A stretch of 27,489 nt of DNA from Candidatus Thorarchaeota archaeon. Its GTDB lineage: Archaea; Asgardarchaeota; Thorarchaeia; Thorarchaeales; Thorarchaeaceae. Of the stretch, positions 7,894-16,233 are shown one piece after another. The notes under the pieces are model-generated. The model saw nothing but the letters and a program-made list of their open reading frames with translations, was not told the DNA's origin and ran no database searches. The stretch is from positions 1 to 27,489 of the forward strand of contig JBHLRV010000001.1 in NCBI GenBank assembly GCA_048882205.1, given 5' to 3'. The position numbers and the translations under genes were made by a program. The stretch's first letter is position 1. Every line of letters begins with the position of its first letter.

Positions 7894-8694
7894 ATGGAAA
7901 TCACTATCATTCACAAGCAAGAAGATGCAATCCAATTCCTTGTGGAAGGCATCGATGTTGCATTTGCAAATGCACTCCGGAGAACTATGCTTACTAGAGT
8001 GCCTGCAATGACAATTGACGAGGTGCTTGTGCTCGAGAACACCAGCGTAATGTATGATGAGATTCTTGCTCATAGACTTGGACTGGTACCTCTAGTCACG
8101 GATCTTGAGAGTTACAACTTGCCCGAAGAGTGTGACTGCGAGGGAAAAGGCTGCAGCCTATGTCAGTGCACACTTACTCTTGAGAAGGAATCCGGAAGTG
8201 AGGACCTTGTCGTCTTTTCTGGCGATCTAGTTTCACAGGACCCAAAGGTGATTCCCGCAACGAATGAGATTCCCCTTGTCAAGCTTGCTCCCAATCAGCG
8301 GTTGATAATCGAGGCCTATGCTCGTCTAGGTACTGGGGCCGAGAATGCCAAATTCCAACCGGTGTCTACAGTGGCCTACAAACATGTGCCCATAGTTGAG
8401 GTCGACAAGGAGAAATGCACCAAATGCGAAGCCTGCGTCGAGGTCTGTCCAAGGAAGATCTTCGTCATAGACAAGGACACATTGGTGACACAGAATACTC
8501 TGGACTGTAGCATGTGTGAGATGTGTGTTCAGGAATGTGAGCCCGAGGCAATCACGATAGGGTCAAAGAGAAACGCCATCTTGTTCAGGGTTGAGTCCAC
8601 AGGCGCACTGCCGCCCGAAACAATCGTAGAGAAGGCGGCTGAGAATCTAAGGAAGAGATTCAGAGAGGCTCTCGACTTTGTTGGTAAACTATGA
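7894..8694 (+). CDS. rpoD: RNA polymerase subunit D (Rpo3) with ferredoxin-like Fe-S domain
   Basis: FANALRR, ENTSVMYDEILAHRLGLVP and ENAKFQP. Carries a CDC...CSLC loop and two CxxCxxCxxxC motifs. Confidence 0.97.
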   Translation: MEITIIHKQEDAIQFLVEGIDVAFANALRRTMLTRVPAMTIDEVLVLENTSVMYDEILAHRLGLVPLVTDLESYNLPEECDCEGKGCSLCQCTLTLEKESGSEDLVVFSGDLVSQDPKVIPATNEIPLVKLAPNQRLIIEAYARLGTGAENAKFQPVSTVAYKHVPIVEVDKEKCTKCEACVEVCPRKIFVIDKDTLVTQNTLDCSMCEMCVQECEPEAITIGSKRNAILFRVESTGALPPETIVEKAAENLRKRFREALDFVGKL

Positions 8695-8705
8695 GGTGAA
8701 TAGAA

Positions 8706-9068
8706 TTGGTAAGATCCGGCCCAACTGACCCCAACACTCGCACATTAATCAATGCGCTCAGAAAGACATCTGCGAAGCACAACGTTAAGATTTGGAAGAG
8801 GGTCGCAGAACTAGTGGCACGGCCTGCCAGAAAGCGACCTGCAGTGAATGTCGGGAAGATAGGTCGCCATACCTCTGCAGGCGACGTTGTCGTAGTGCCT
8901 GGTAAGGTCCTAGGCTCAGGAAACCTCCCGCACAAAGTTACTGTTGCTGCCCTGAATGCGTCAGCTTCTGCTAGGCTGGTAATCATCGGTGCAGGAGGCT
9001 CGCTAATCAGCATAGACGAACTACTTGACAAAGTCCCCAAGGGCAAGGGAGTGACGATTATTGTTTAG
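8706..9068 (+). CDS. rpl18e: 50S ribosomal protein L18e
   Basis: IWKRVAELV...VNVGKI...VVVPGKVLGSG. TTG start after GAGGTGA. Confidence 0.96.
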   Translation: MVRSGPTDPNTRTLINALRKTSAKHNVKIWKRVAELVARPARKRPAVNVGKIGRHTSAGDVVVVPGKVLGSGNLPHKVTVAALNASASARLVIIGAGGSLISIDELLDKVPKGKGVTIIV

Positions 9069-9077
9069 GTGGTATCA

Positions 9078-9530
9078 ATGAGCGAGAAAGAAGTCAAAGT
9101 CTACGATGCCGAGGACATGGTCATAGGAAGATTGGCCTCTAAGGTCGCCAAGGCTGCTCTACTAGGGGACACAGTTGCAGTCGTAAACGCCGAGAAGGCT
9201 ATTATCACAGGTGACAGGCGTACGGTCATTGAAGCTTACAAGGAGAAGTTCAACATTCGTACCTCATACAATCCAAGAAAGGGACCTTTCCATAACCGAC
9301 GTCCCGATAAGATGGTCCGTCGGATGATACGAGGGATGCTACCCTGGCCTACACCTCGTGGTAAGATGGCCTACAAGCGTGTCAAGGTCTACATCGGAGT
9401 GCCTGAGAATCTGATTGACTCTGAGAGGATCGTGCTTGAGGGCTCCCGTTACAAGAGTCTTACACGAAAACACATCACAATTGAAGATCTGAGCGATGAA
9501 CTCGGATGGAGGAACCCGGAGGTCACATGA
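9078..9530 (+). CDS. rpl13: 50S ribosomal protein uL13
   Basis: DAEDMVIGRLAS, VNAEKAIITG, RRMIRGMLP and GVP motifs. ATG 9078 follows AGGTGG. Confidence 0.97.
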   Translation: MSEKEVKVYDAEDMVIGRLASKVAKAALLGDTVAVVNAEKAIITGDRRTVIEAYKEKFNIRTSYNPRKGPFHNRRPDKMVRRMIRGMLPWPTPRGKMAYKRVKVYIGVPENLIDSERIVLEGSRYKSLTRKHITIEDLSDELGWRNPEVT

Positions 9531-9531
9531 G

Positions 9532-9936
9532 ATGTCTATCAGAGTCGTCGTTTCCACCGGAAAGAGAAAGACATCACTGGCAAAGGCCACAATTAAACAT
9601 GGCCAGGGCCGCATCAGAGTGAATGGAAGACCTCTTGAAGTGCTCCAGCCTGAGATTGTCAAACTCAAGGCAATGGAGCCACTCATTCTCTTTGGCGAAG
9701 ATTGGAAGAAGTACGATATCAGGGTGCGCGTACAGGGTGGAGGTTTCATGAGCCAGGCCGATGCCGTACGAATGGCCGTTGCTACTGGTCTATTTCGAAT
9801 GAGTCAGGACTTTGAAGCACGGTCACGAATGCTGGAGCACGACAGGACAATGCTAGTTGGGGATCCTCGACGCACAGAGCCCAAGAAGTTCGGTGGGCCC
9901 TCCGCACGCTCCCGCTATCAGAAATCATACAGGTGA
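9532..9936 (+). CDS. rps9: 30S ribosomal protein uS9
   Basis: GKRKTSLA, VQGGGFMSQADAVR, DPRRTEPKKFGGPSARSRYQKSYR. Confidence 0.98.
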   Translation: MSIRVVVSTGKRKTSLAKATIKHGQGRIRVNGRPLEVLQPEIVKLKAMEPLILFGEDWKKYDIRVRVQGGGFMSQADAVRMAVATGLFRMSQDFEARSRMLEHDRTMLVGDPRRTEPKKFGGPSARSRYQKSYR

Positions 9937-9945
9937 GAAATGAAG

Positions 9946-10164
9946 ATGATCATACCAGTCCGTTGTTTCACATGTGGAAAAGTGGTTGCTGACAAGTTCG
10001 AGCAATTCAAGCGTCAAGTTCGCCAGGGCGAGGACCCAGCAGTAGTCCTTGACAATTTGGGACTTCATAGGTACTGTTGTCGAAGAATGCTCTTGTCACA
10101 TATCGATATCATTGACAGTTTCATGGCGTTTGCTACGACTGAGGTGGTGGAGGGCAAGCAGTGA
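9946..10164 (+). CDS. rpoN: RNA polymerase subunit N (Rpo10)
   Basis: [12 protein letters not shown]...[11 protein letters not shown]. An alternative start lies at 9940. Confidence 0.97.
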   Translation: MIIPVRCFTCGKVVADKFEQFKRQVRQGEDPAVVLDNLGLHRYCCRRMLLSHIDIIDSFMAFATTEVVEGKQ

Positions 10165-10799
10165 TGAGCGAAACAGAAATCCCCGAAGCTGAACTACTGA
10201 CACCAATGGACAAATATCTGGCTGCTGGCTGCCACATAGGAACGCAGGTGAAGACGCAGGACATGGACCCATTCGTCTACAGGCAGCGTCCAATTGGTCT
10301 GTACGTTCTGGATGTCAGAAAGACTGACGAACGTATCAGAGTAGCGGCCAAGTTCATTGCACGATTCGAGCCTTCAAAGATCGTTGTGGCGTCAGGTCGA
10401 GTCTATGGAAAACGCCCCGTGGAGAGCTTTGCCTACTACACAGGCGCCCATGCGTTCACAGATCGATTTGTCCCTGGATCGCTCACCAATCCCAATATCG
10501 CAGGTCCGCGTGTCTACGTGGAGCCTGACCTGGTCATCCTCACTGATCCTCGAACTGACCAGCAAGCACTATCAGAGGCAGGCAAGATCGGAGTTCCTGT
10601 CATCGCTCTGTGTGATACTGACAATGTGACTACAGGCGTGGATCTCGTCTTGCCTTCGAACAACAGAGGTAGGAAAGCCTTGGCACTTGTCTACTTCTTG
10701 TTGACTCGTCAGGTCTTGAGGGAGCGAGGAACAATCCCTGAAGACGGTGAGACCAGCTTTACTCCAGATGACTTTGAGCCTCAGATGCAGCGATTCTAG
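10164..10799 (+). CDS. rps2: 30S ribosomal protein uS2
   Basis: YLAAGCHIGTQ, RFVPGSLTNP, DPRTDQQALSEA, PSNNRGRKAL. Confidence 0.97.
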   Translation: MSETEIPEAELLTPMDKYLAAGCHIGTQVKTQDMDPFVYRQRPIGLYVLDVRKTDERIRVAAKFIARFEPSKIVVASGRVYGKRPVESFAYYTGAHAFTDRFVPGSLTNPNIAGPRVYVEPDLVILTDPRTDQQALSEAGKIGVPVIALCDTDNVTTGVDLVLPSNNRGRKALALVYFLLTRQVLRERGTIPEDGETSFTPDDFEPQMQRF

Positions 10800-11197
10800 C
10801 TCTTCTCGTGGATGGAAACAACGCCCCGGTCGGCGTCCACTTCCACTGATTGTCCAGTTTCAATCTTCTCAATATCAATATGGTCCACAGTGGGAATCTC
10901 TGAGATTATGCTCCCAACTGCTATGACTGGGTCCGTTTCCTTGTTCACAATGGCAGCAGGAGCCTTGTCAGCCTTCTTCAGAGCATACAGAACATACGAT
11001 CCGACGGTCGAACCCTTCCCACTCGGCATTACCAGTATCTTTCCAGCCACTGACTTGCCTTCTAGTGGGTGATCCTTCTCCACAACCTCGCCAGTTTCGG
11101 GGTCAACACCTCCATAGAAACTGATGTCCATGGCAGTGACAAGCGCTTCACCTTCTGCCTTTCCCTTGTAGATCTTACGGCCCTGCAGCTCTGTCAC
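10796..11197 (-). CDS. AcnX small (swiveling, DUF126) subunit; predicted phosphomevalonate dehydratase small subunit
   Basis: GEALVT...ISFYGGVDPETG...HPLEGKSVAGKILV...GKGSTVGSYV. GTG start 11197 overlaps the upstream TGA and follows a GGAGG SD. Confidence 0.9.
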   Translation of the reverse strand: MTELQGRKIYKGKAEGEALVTAMDISFYGGVDPETGEVVEKDHPLEGKSVAGKILVMPSGKGSTVGSYVLYALKKADKAPAAIVNKETDPVIAVGSIISEIPTVDHIDIEKIETGQSVEVDADRGVVSIHEKS

Positions 11198-12381
11198 GAA
11201 ACCGCCTCCTTGATGCATTCATCTATTGTTCGAATCTTCACATTGAACCTGTTCTTTCCTCGTGCGTAGAAGCAAGCCTTTGCTGAGTCTGTCATCAGGC
11301 CTTGGAATCGGCCTTTTAGTGGTGCCACTGCACAACACGCATCACTGACCAAGAACGCACCAGCTTTCTCTATCTTGTCGTAGTATCCCATCTTGATGGC
11401 CACATCCTTGGTCGGTTTCGCTGTGGTTATCCACACGGTCTTGCCTTCTGTTACCTTCTTCCCGTCAAGCATCTCGGCTACTTTAGCTATGTCCGCGATA
11501 CTTGCATGTGGGCATCCGACACTGACGAAGTCAATCTCTGCTGCTTCGTCATCGAGTTCTTGTCTGGCTCTCTCAAGGTCATCTTGAGTCACAATCTCTG
11601 TAATGTCTGGCTCTGTTGTCCGGTTGGGCGTAATCCCCTCCATATGGAAGAGAGCCACTCCACCATATGTTGCGACAGATGCACAGAAGGACCTCAGATG
11701 GTCCGTGGTAGCATGAGAAACGCCGGTGATATAGGGAATCTGCTTCCCGGTGCAATCCCCAATGACCTTCCCCAGTAGGCCAAAGTCGTCAGTTGTCTTC
11801 AATTCTGCTTCTATCTCATAGCCTACCTGTGCCATTCTGTTCTTCTCAAGATGGAAGCCATACTCCGCAGTCTTACCCGTGAGTGCAGAAGCAAGGGCAC
11901 TAGGCCCTCCTTCCCTGTTTGTACGGGCACCAATCACAGAGTTCGCGAAGCAGACAGCTGAGGACTCAGCCCATGCTATGTGTTCGCCATAGTGTGGCAG
12001 GTTGCCTATCAGATAGGGCGTGCAGGTACAGGTCGTTACCACTCCCATCCTTGAGAAGGCATCAACAACTCTCTGTTGGTTCTTGGCAAAGTCTTCGCTA
12101 ATGCCATGCTTTCTCCATTCCAACAGGTCCATACCCGCAGGATTCAGAGTTGTCAGAACGCGCGTCTGACCATCCTCAGCCATCTCTGAGAGGTAATCCA
12201 GACCGGCCTCTCCTAGATTATGGTATGAAACCCCGGCTATCTGGACACTAACAACAGGAATCAGTCGTTCAGCACCATAGATCTCACCTAATGTTGTGAT
12301 AATCTCCATGGTCTTCCTGGTGGCATTACCATACTTGCCCTCAAGCATATCCTGTTCTTCTGATGTGAGTTCAAGTGCCAT
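11194..12381 (-). CDS. AcnX large (DUF521) subunit; predicted phosphomevalonate dehydratase large subunit
   Basis: TCTPY, WAESSAV, GARTNREGGPSAL, GCPHAS, DACC and SAKACFY (Fe-S Cys ligands present). Confidence 0.9.
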   Translation of the reverse strand: MALELTSEEQDMLEGKYGNATRKTMEIITTLGEIYGAERLIPVVSVQIAGVSYHNLGEAGLDYLSEMAEDGQTRVLTTLNPAGMDLLEWRKHGISEDFAKNQQRVVDAFSRMGVVTTCTCTPYLIGNLPHYGEHIAWAESSAVCFANSVIGARTNREGGPSALASALTGKTAEYGFHLEKNRMAQVGYEIEAELKTTDDFGLLGKVIGDCTGKQIPYITGVSHATTDHLRSFCASVATYGGVALFHMEGITPNRTTEPDITEIVTQDDLERARQELDDEAAEIDFVSVGCPHASIADIAKVAEMLDGKKVTEGKTVWITTAKPTKDVAIKMGYYDKIEKAGAFLVSDACCAVAPLKGRFQGLMTDSAKACFYARGKNRFNVKIRTIDECIKEAVS

Positions 12382-12382
12382 G

Positions 12383-13696
12383 TCATTCACCCATGAACCT
12401 CTTCAAATCGACCTTTGGAAACTCCGCCTTGTCAAAGCTCTTACCCTTGGTATCTAATACCTTCGTACAGTCAAAGCCAATCTTAGTTGTCATCTTTGTT
12501 CCAGGCTCGGCACTTGGGTCTAGCGAGCTACCCGGTTCTTTGTCTTTTATCAGCAGGTTCACATCACCTTGGAATCGGGTTGCCATGGCCCACTCTCTCT
12601 CCTCTTCGTTGTAGATGTCAATGTCCTCATCATAGACCCAGACATGTTTCGCGCTTCGATGACCTGAAAAAGCCCCCTCGATCGCTTTCAGTCCATCGTC
12701 TTCATTACTCTTCCTAATCTGTACAGCAATGTGAAGCCAACTAGTGCCGCCGGGAGTGATGTTCACATCCAAGACGTCAACTCCGCGCTCCTTGATGCTC
12801 CTGAATACTGTGGGTTCACGAGGCATTCCCATGAGTATCTTGTGTTCGAGTCGACCCGGTAGCAGCGCTTGCCAGATTGCGTTCTTCCTATGAGTGATCT
12901 TCTTGACCTCGAATACAGGCTCCTGCCGAATGATGTCCACAGTTTCAGTCAGATCTATGAATGGACCTTCATCATGTTTCTCATCTAGAATGACCCTTCC
13001 TTCGAGGACAAATTCACAATCAGCAGGAATCATCAGGTCCACAGTCTTTGCCTTAGTCACCCGTATTGGTCTCAAGGCGTTTGCTATCTCCAGCTCATTC
13101 ACACCCGTTTCAACTGACGTTGCTGCTGCAATCAAGACCTCCGGAGTGTTCCCAATGCAAAAGGCAACATCAAGCTCGCCGTTCTTCTCAAGGAACTTGT
13201 GAAAGTCACGCCCGCGCACGACTCTTGCTACCATCTGGTCTTTCTCAATCTGCATTGCCCTGTGGAAATCCAGATTCTGACCATATTCAGGGTCTGCAGC
13301 CACCACAACTCCTGATGAGATATAGGGTCCGCCGTCCACCTCATTGTGAAGCAGTATTGGCAGCGCATCAAGATCCACATCTTCTCTCACAATCTCTTGA
13401 CACGGAGCATCATCGGTCGTTTCTGGTGGGCTGCGATTCTCAATAGCACTAGCCAGTGTTGGGATGATCTCCTTGACCTCTATGCCGAAATAGTCTGCAA
13501 TCTGTTCCTTTGTGCAGAATAGATTGCCAGCAACTCTGAACTCGGACTCCTTGACACTATCAAAGAGTGCTGGCATGGGCTCCATTGAATTCAGGACGCC
13601 GGCGATCTCTAGCTTCTTGGATATACTAGTGTCTATCTTCCTGAGTTTTCCTTCTTTGAGAAGACGTTCTATGTATCTCTCGAGTATCATCTTCAT
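12383..13696 (-). CDS. UbiD-family (prFMN-dependent) decarboxylase; predicted anhydromevalonate phosphate decarboxylase
   Basis: DGGPYISSG, EFVLEG, EGPF, EHKILMG and WAMATRFQ UbiD motifs. Function inferred from the operon with mvk and AcnX. Confidence 0.85.
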   Translation of the reverse strand: MKMILERYIERLLKEGKLRKIDTSISKKLEIAGVLNSMEPMPALFDSVKESEFRVAGNLFCTKEQIADYFGIEVKEIIPTLASAIENRSPPETTDDAPCQEIVREDVDLDALPILLHNEVDGGPYISSGVVVAADPEYGQNLDFHRAMQIEKDQMVARVVRGRDFHKFLEKNGELDVAFCIGNTPEVLIAAATSVETGVNELEIANALRPIRVTKAKTVDLMIPADCEFVLEGRVILDEKHDEGPFIDLTETVDIIRQEPVFEVKKITHRKNAIWQALLPGRLEHKILMGMPREPTVFRSIKERGVDVLDVNITPGGTSWLHIAVQIRKSNEDDGLKAIEGAFSGHRSAKHVWVYDEDIDIYNEEEREWAMATRFQGDVNLLIKDKEPGSSLDPSAEPGTKMTTKIGFDCTKVLDTKGKSFDKAEFPKVDLKRFMGE

Positions 13697-13703
13697 ACCT
13701 CAA

Positions 13704-14645
13704 TCAAAGTCCGAAAGTCGTGTTGTAGACGAGAGGCGCCCCACTTCTTTCCAACGCATCACCGATTTGTCTCTGAACCTCTTCGTTCGGCGCGAGGGCA
13801 ATCATGTTGCCACCACGTCCAGTTCCAGTGAGTTTTGCTCCAAGAGCTCCGGTCTTCTTAGCATTTTCAACCATTTCGTCCAGTTCTTTACAGGAAACTG
13901 TCAGATTCTGTAACAATTCGTGATTTCTGTTCATTAATTCTCCAACCTGGTTCAAATTGACATCAAGCAGCGCCTCTCTTGCTTGATGAACCAATGCCTC
14001 GTATTCAGTGGCAATCTCATTGAACCAATCAGGATTCTGCTCTTTCTTGGCTCGAACATCACCAACGACCTCAGATGTGCTTGCCGTTAGGCCTGTTGAT
14101 GCGATTGTGAGGTGAATTGCCTTCTTGAGCTTGAGCTTCTCAAAGGTGGGAGCACCACCACTGAGGGCTCTCACATACCAGACAAGGCCGCCAAAAGTTG
14201 AAGCAGTGTTGTCAATTCCGGACGGGGTTCCATGATACCCCTTCTCACCCTCATATGCAATCTCGTTTATCTTGTCATCGTCAAATCCGAGGCCGAACTC
14301 GTCATTCAATGCACGGGCAAGAGACACACAACTAGCTGCACTAGCTCCAAATCCAGATGCGCAGACCAAGTCCCCTTCATACTCGATGAAGATTCCCTTA
14401 TCACTCATGTCCAATCCCGCCGCTCTTAGAACGTTATTGATTGAAATGGTCTGTTCATCCAGCTTCTTGACCTTGTAGCCCGGCACTTCTGGTCTTCTGT
14501 CGTCTAGTTTCCAGCCGAGGTCTTTGGATCTGCTAACGAATGCTACCGTTTCTGCAGATATGCCAGCGGCAAGTGCAGGAAGGCCGTAGACAACGAAGTG
14601 CTCTCCAAACAAGATACTCTTGCCGCGGCCAGTGCCTCTTCCCAT
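13704..14645 (-). CDS. mvk: Mevalonate kinase (GHMP family)
   Basis: GKSILFGEHFVVYG, SGFGASAA, HGTPSGIDN, KLTGTGRGG. Start at ATG 14645. Confidence 0.9.
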   Translation of the reverse strand: MGRGTGRGKSILFGEHFVVYGLPALAAGISAETVAFVSRSKDLGWKLDDRRPEVPGYKVKKLDEQTISINNVLRAAGLDMSDKGIFIEYEGDLVCASGFGASAASCVSLARALNDEFGLGFDDDKINEIAYEGEKGYHGTPSGIDNTASTFGGLVWYVRALSGGAPTFEKLKLKKAIHLTIASTGLTASTSEVVGDVRAKKEQNPDWFNEIATEYEALVHQAREALLDVNLNQVGELMNRNHELLQNLTVSCKELDEMVENAKKTGALGAKLTGTGRGGNMIALAPNEEVQRQIGDALERSGAPLVYNTTFGL

Positions 14646-14785
14646 TCTCTCACGCTCAATCGCCGAGATTTGCAGCGGGAAGGCGTATCGCCACTTTTGA
14701 ACTCTTCCTTCGTCACCATTCAAAGTGAACCAGGGCCATTCTGTGCGCAAGACTCTTGTTCATTTCTGACGAATCGCAAGCAGAA

Positions 14786-15751
14786 ATGAATGTGTTGGAC
14801 CTATTCTCAGGTGCTGGTGGATTCTCATCAGGTTTCATATCACGCTCTGAAGAGTCACATCTGGCTGTGGACATAGATCCTTGTGCTTTGACCACCTTTG
14901 CTCTCAACTATCCCGGAGTTGGTACTCTCCATAGGGACATAGGAGCCACTCATTCTGTCGAGCTTCTGAACGAGCTTGGTGGCAAACCTGACATCATAAT
15001 CGCCTCTCCGCCCTGTGAAGAGTTCAGTCGTGCGAATCCCAATAGTGACACTCCAGCTGCCGAACGAATCTATGGCACAGGAACAGCCAGGCTTCTTCTT
15101 GACACTATTAGGCTCATCGGAAACCTGACACCGTCAGTCTTCGTGATTGAGAATGTGGCGGCGCTACTTCATAGGGGTGGAAGTGAGATTATCCGCCAAG
15201 AGTTTGAACGACTAGGGATTGACAATGTCTGGTTCAATATGGTACGTGCTCATAAACATGGCAATCCTTCAAAGCGGCTTAGAGTGTTCATCAGTAATGT
15301 GAAGTTTGCCCTTCCCCGAGGAACCCCTCCACGGGTTATGGAGGCAATCGGAGACCTCCCACCTCTCGGTATAGATGCACTCTTCTCTCCAAGCGACCAT
15401 GTTGCCAATCATTACCTTCAGCCTCTGACCGAGGATAGATTGAAGACTGTCAGAAGGATCCGGTGGGGTCATGGTGCCAAGCACTTCAGAGCGTCTAAGA
15501 CACGTACGATGCCAAACTGGGTGCGGCTCGCACCTGATCAAGTGTCTACATCGATAATTGGCCTCTCCCGATACATACATCCCTTTGAGAATCGGCTTCT
15601 CACAGTTCGAGAACACGCAAGACTCATGAGCTATCCTGACTCATTCGTGTTCAATGGTCCAACAGACAGCCAGTATAATCAGGTGGGCGAGAGCGTCCCA
15701 CCATTAATCTCGCATCTAATTGCGGAGGAGGTTCAGAAACATCTTGAGTGA
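14786..15751 (+). CDS. C5-cytosine methyltransferase (Dcm/Dnmt fold), orphan
   Basis: Motif I DLFSGAGG, IV SPPCEEFS (catalytic Cys), VI IENV, VIII GNPSKRLRVF, IX LTVREHARLMSYP, X VGESVPP. Confidence 0.92.
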   Translation: MNVLDLFSGAGGFSSGFISRSEESHLAVDIDPCALTTFALNYPGVGTLHRDIGATHSVELLNELGGKPDIIIASPPCEEFSRANPNSDTPAAERIYGTGTARLLLDTIRLIGNLTPSVFVIENVAALLHRGGSEIIRQEFERLGIDNVWFNMVRAHKHGNPSKRLRVFISNVKFALPRGTPPRVMEAIGDLPPLGIDALFSPSDHVANHYLQPLTEDRLKTVRRIRWGHGAKHFRASKTRTMPNWVRLAPDQVSTSIIGLSRYIHPFENRLLTVREHARLMSYPDSFVFNGPTDSQYNQVGESVPPLISHLIAEEVQKHLE

Positions 15752-15755
15752 CCTA

Positions 15756-16220
15756 ATGAAGAATGTCTATGTCGTGTTGCATGATGTTCATGCGGTCAGT
15801 AGAGTGATTGAAACCGCCCAAGTGGTCTATGGACTAGGTTTCTCAAACTTCGTAGTCTCGAAAGCCGAAGGCTCTGCTGCGCAGACTGGTGTTCCTGAGG
15901 CCAACCGTCTTGCCATGAAGATGAAAGGAAGCTTCATGGTTTTGCCAGATCTGCGTGATGTACTTGAGGTTCTGAATGCAGAACGCCCCGTATTGATCAT
16001 ATCCCCAGTGCTCACAAAAGAACGCGTGGACATTGATAACCTCGTGAGCCGCGTAAAGTCCGGAGAACGATTTGTAATCGCATTCTCCGGTAGCAACAAG
16101 TCCTTCTCCAGAAAGGAGATGGACATGGGAAACTGCTTCAGTCTAGAAGCCAAAGTCGATATTGGTTCGTCTGGGTCTGCAGCGGTTGTGCTACATGCAA
16201 TATCAACTAGGCTTTCATGA
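15756..16220 (+). CDS. DUF2122/COG4080-like protein (SPOUT-like, often labelled 'RecB-family nuclease')
   Basis: VVLHDVHAVSRVIETAQVVYGLG...GSAAQTGVPEANRLA...LPDLRDVLEVL pattern. C-terminal AFSGSNKSFSRKE...IGSSG resembles a SPOUT knot. Recognised from memory. Confidence 0.7.
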   Translation: MKNVYVVLHDVHAVSRVIETAQVVYGLGFSNFVVSKAEGSAAQTGVPEANRLAMKMKGSFMVLPDLRDVLEVLNAERPVLIISPVLTKERVDIDNLVSRVKSGERFVIAFSGSNKSFSRKEMDMGNCFSLEAKVDIGSSGSAAVVLHAISTRLS

Positions 16221-16233
16221 AGTCACTCACAGT

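Noticed and set aside
15756-16220. Restriction endonuclease partner ('RecB-family nuclease') forming an R-M system with the C5 MTase
   Set aside because: No PD-(D/E)xK or HNH motif is seen, and the sequence looks SPOUT-like.
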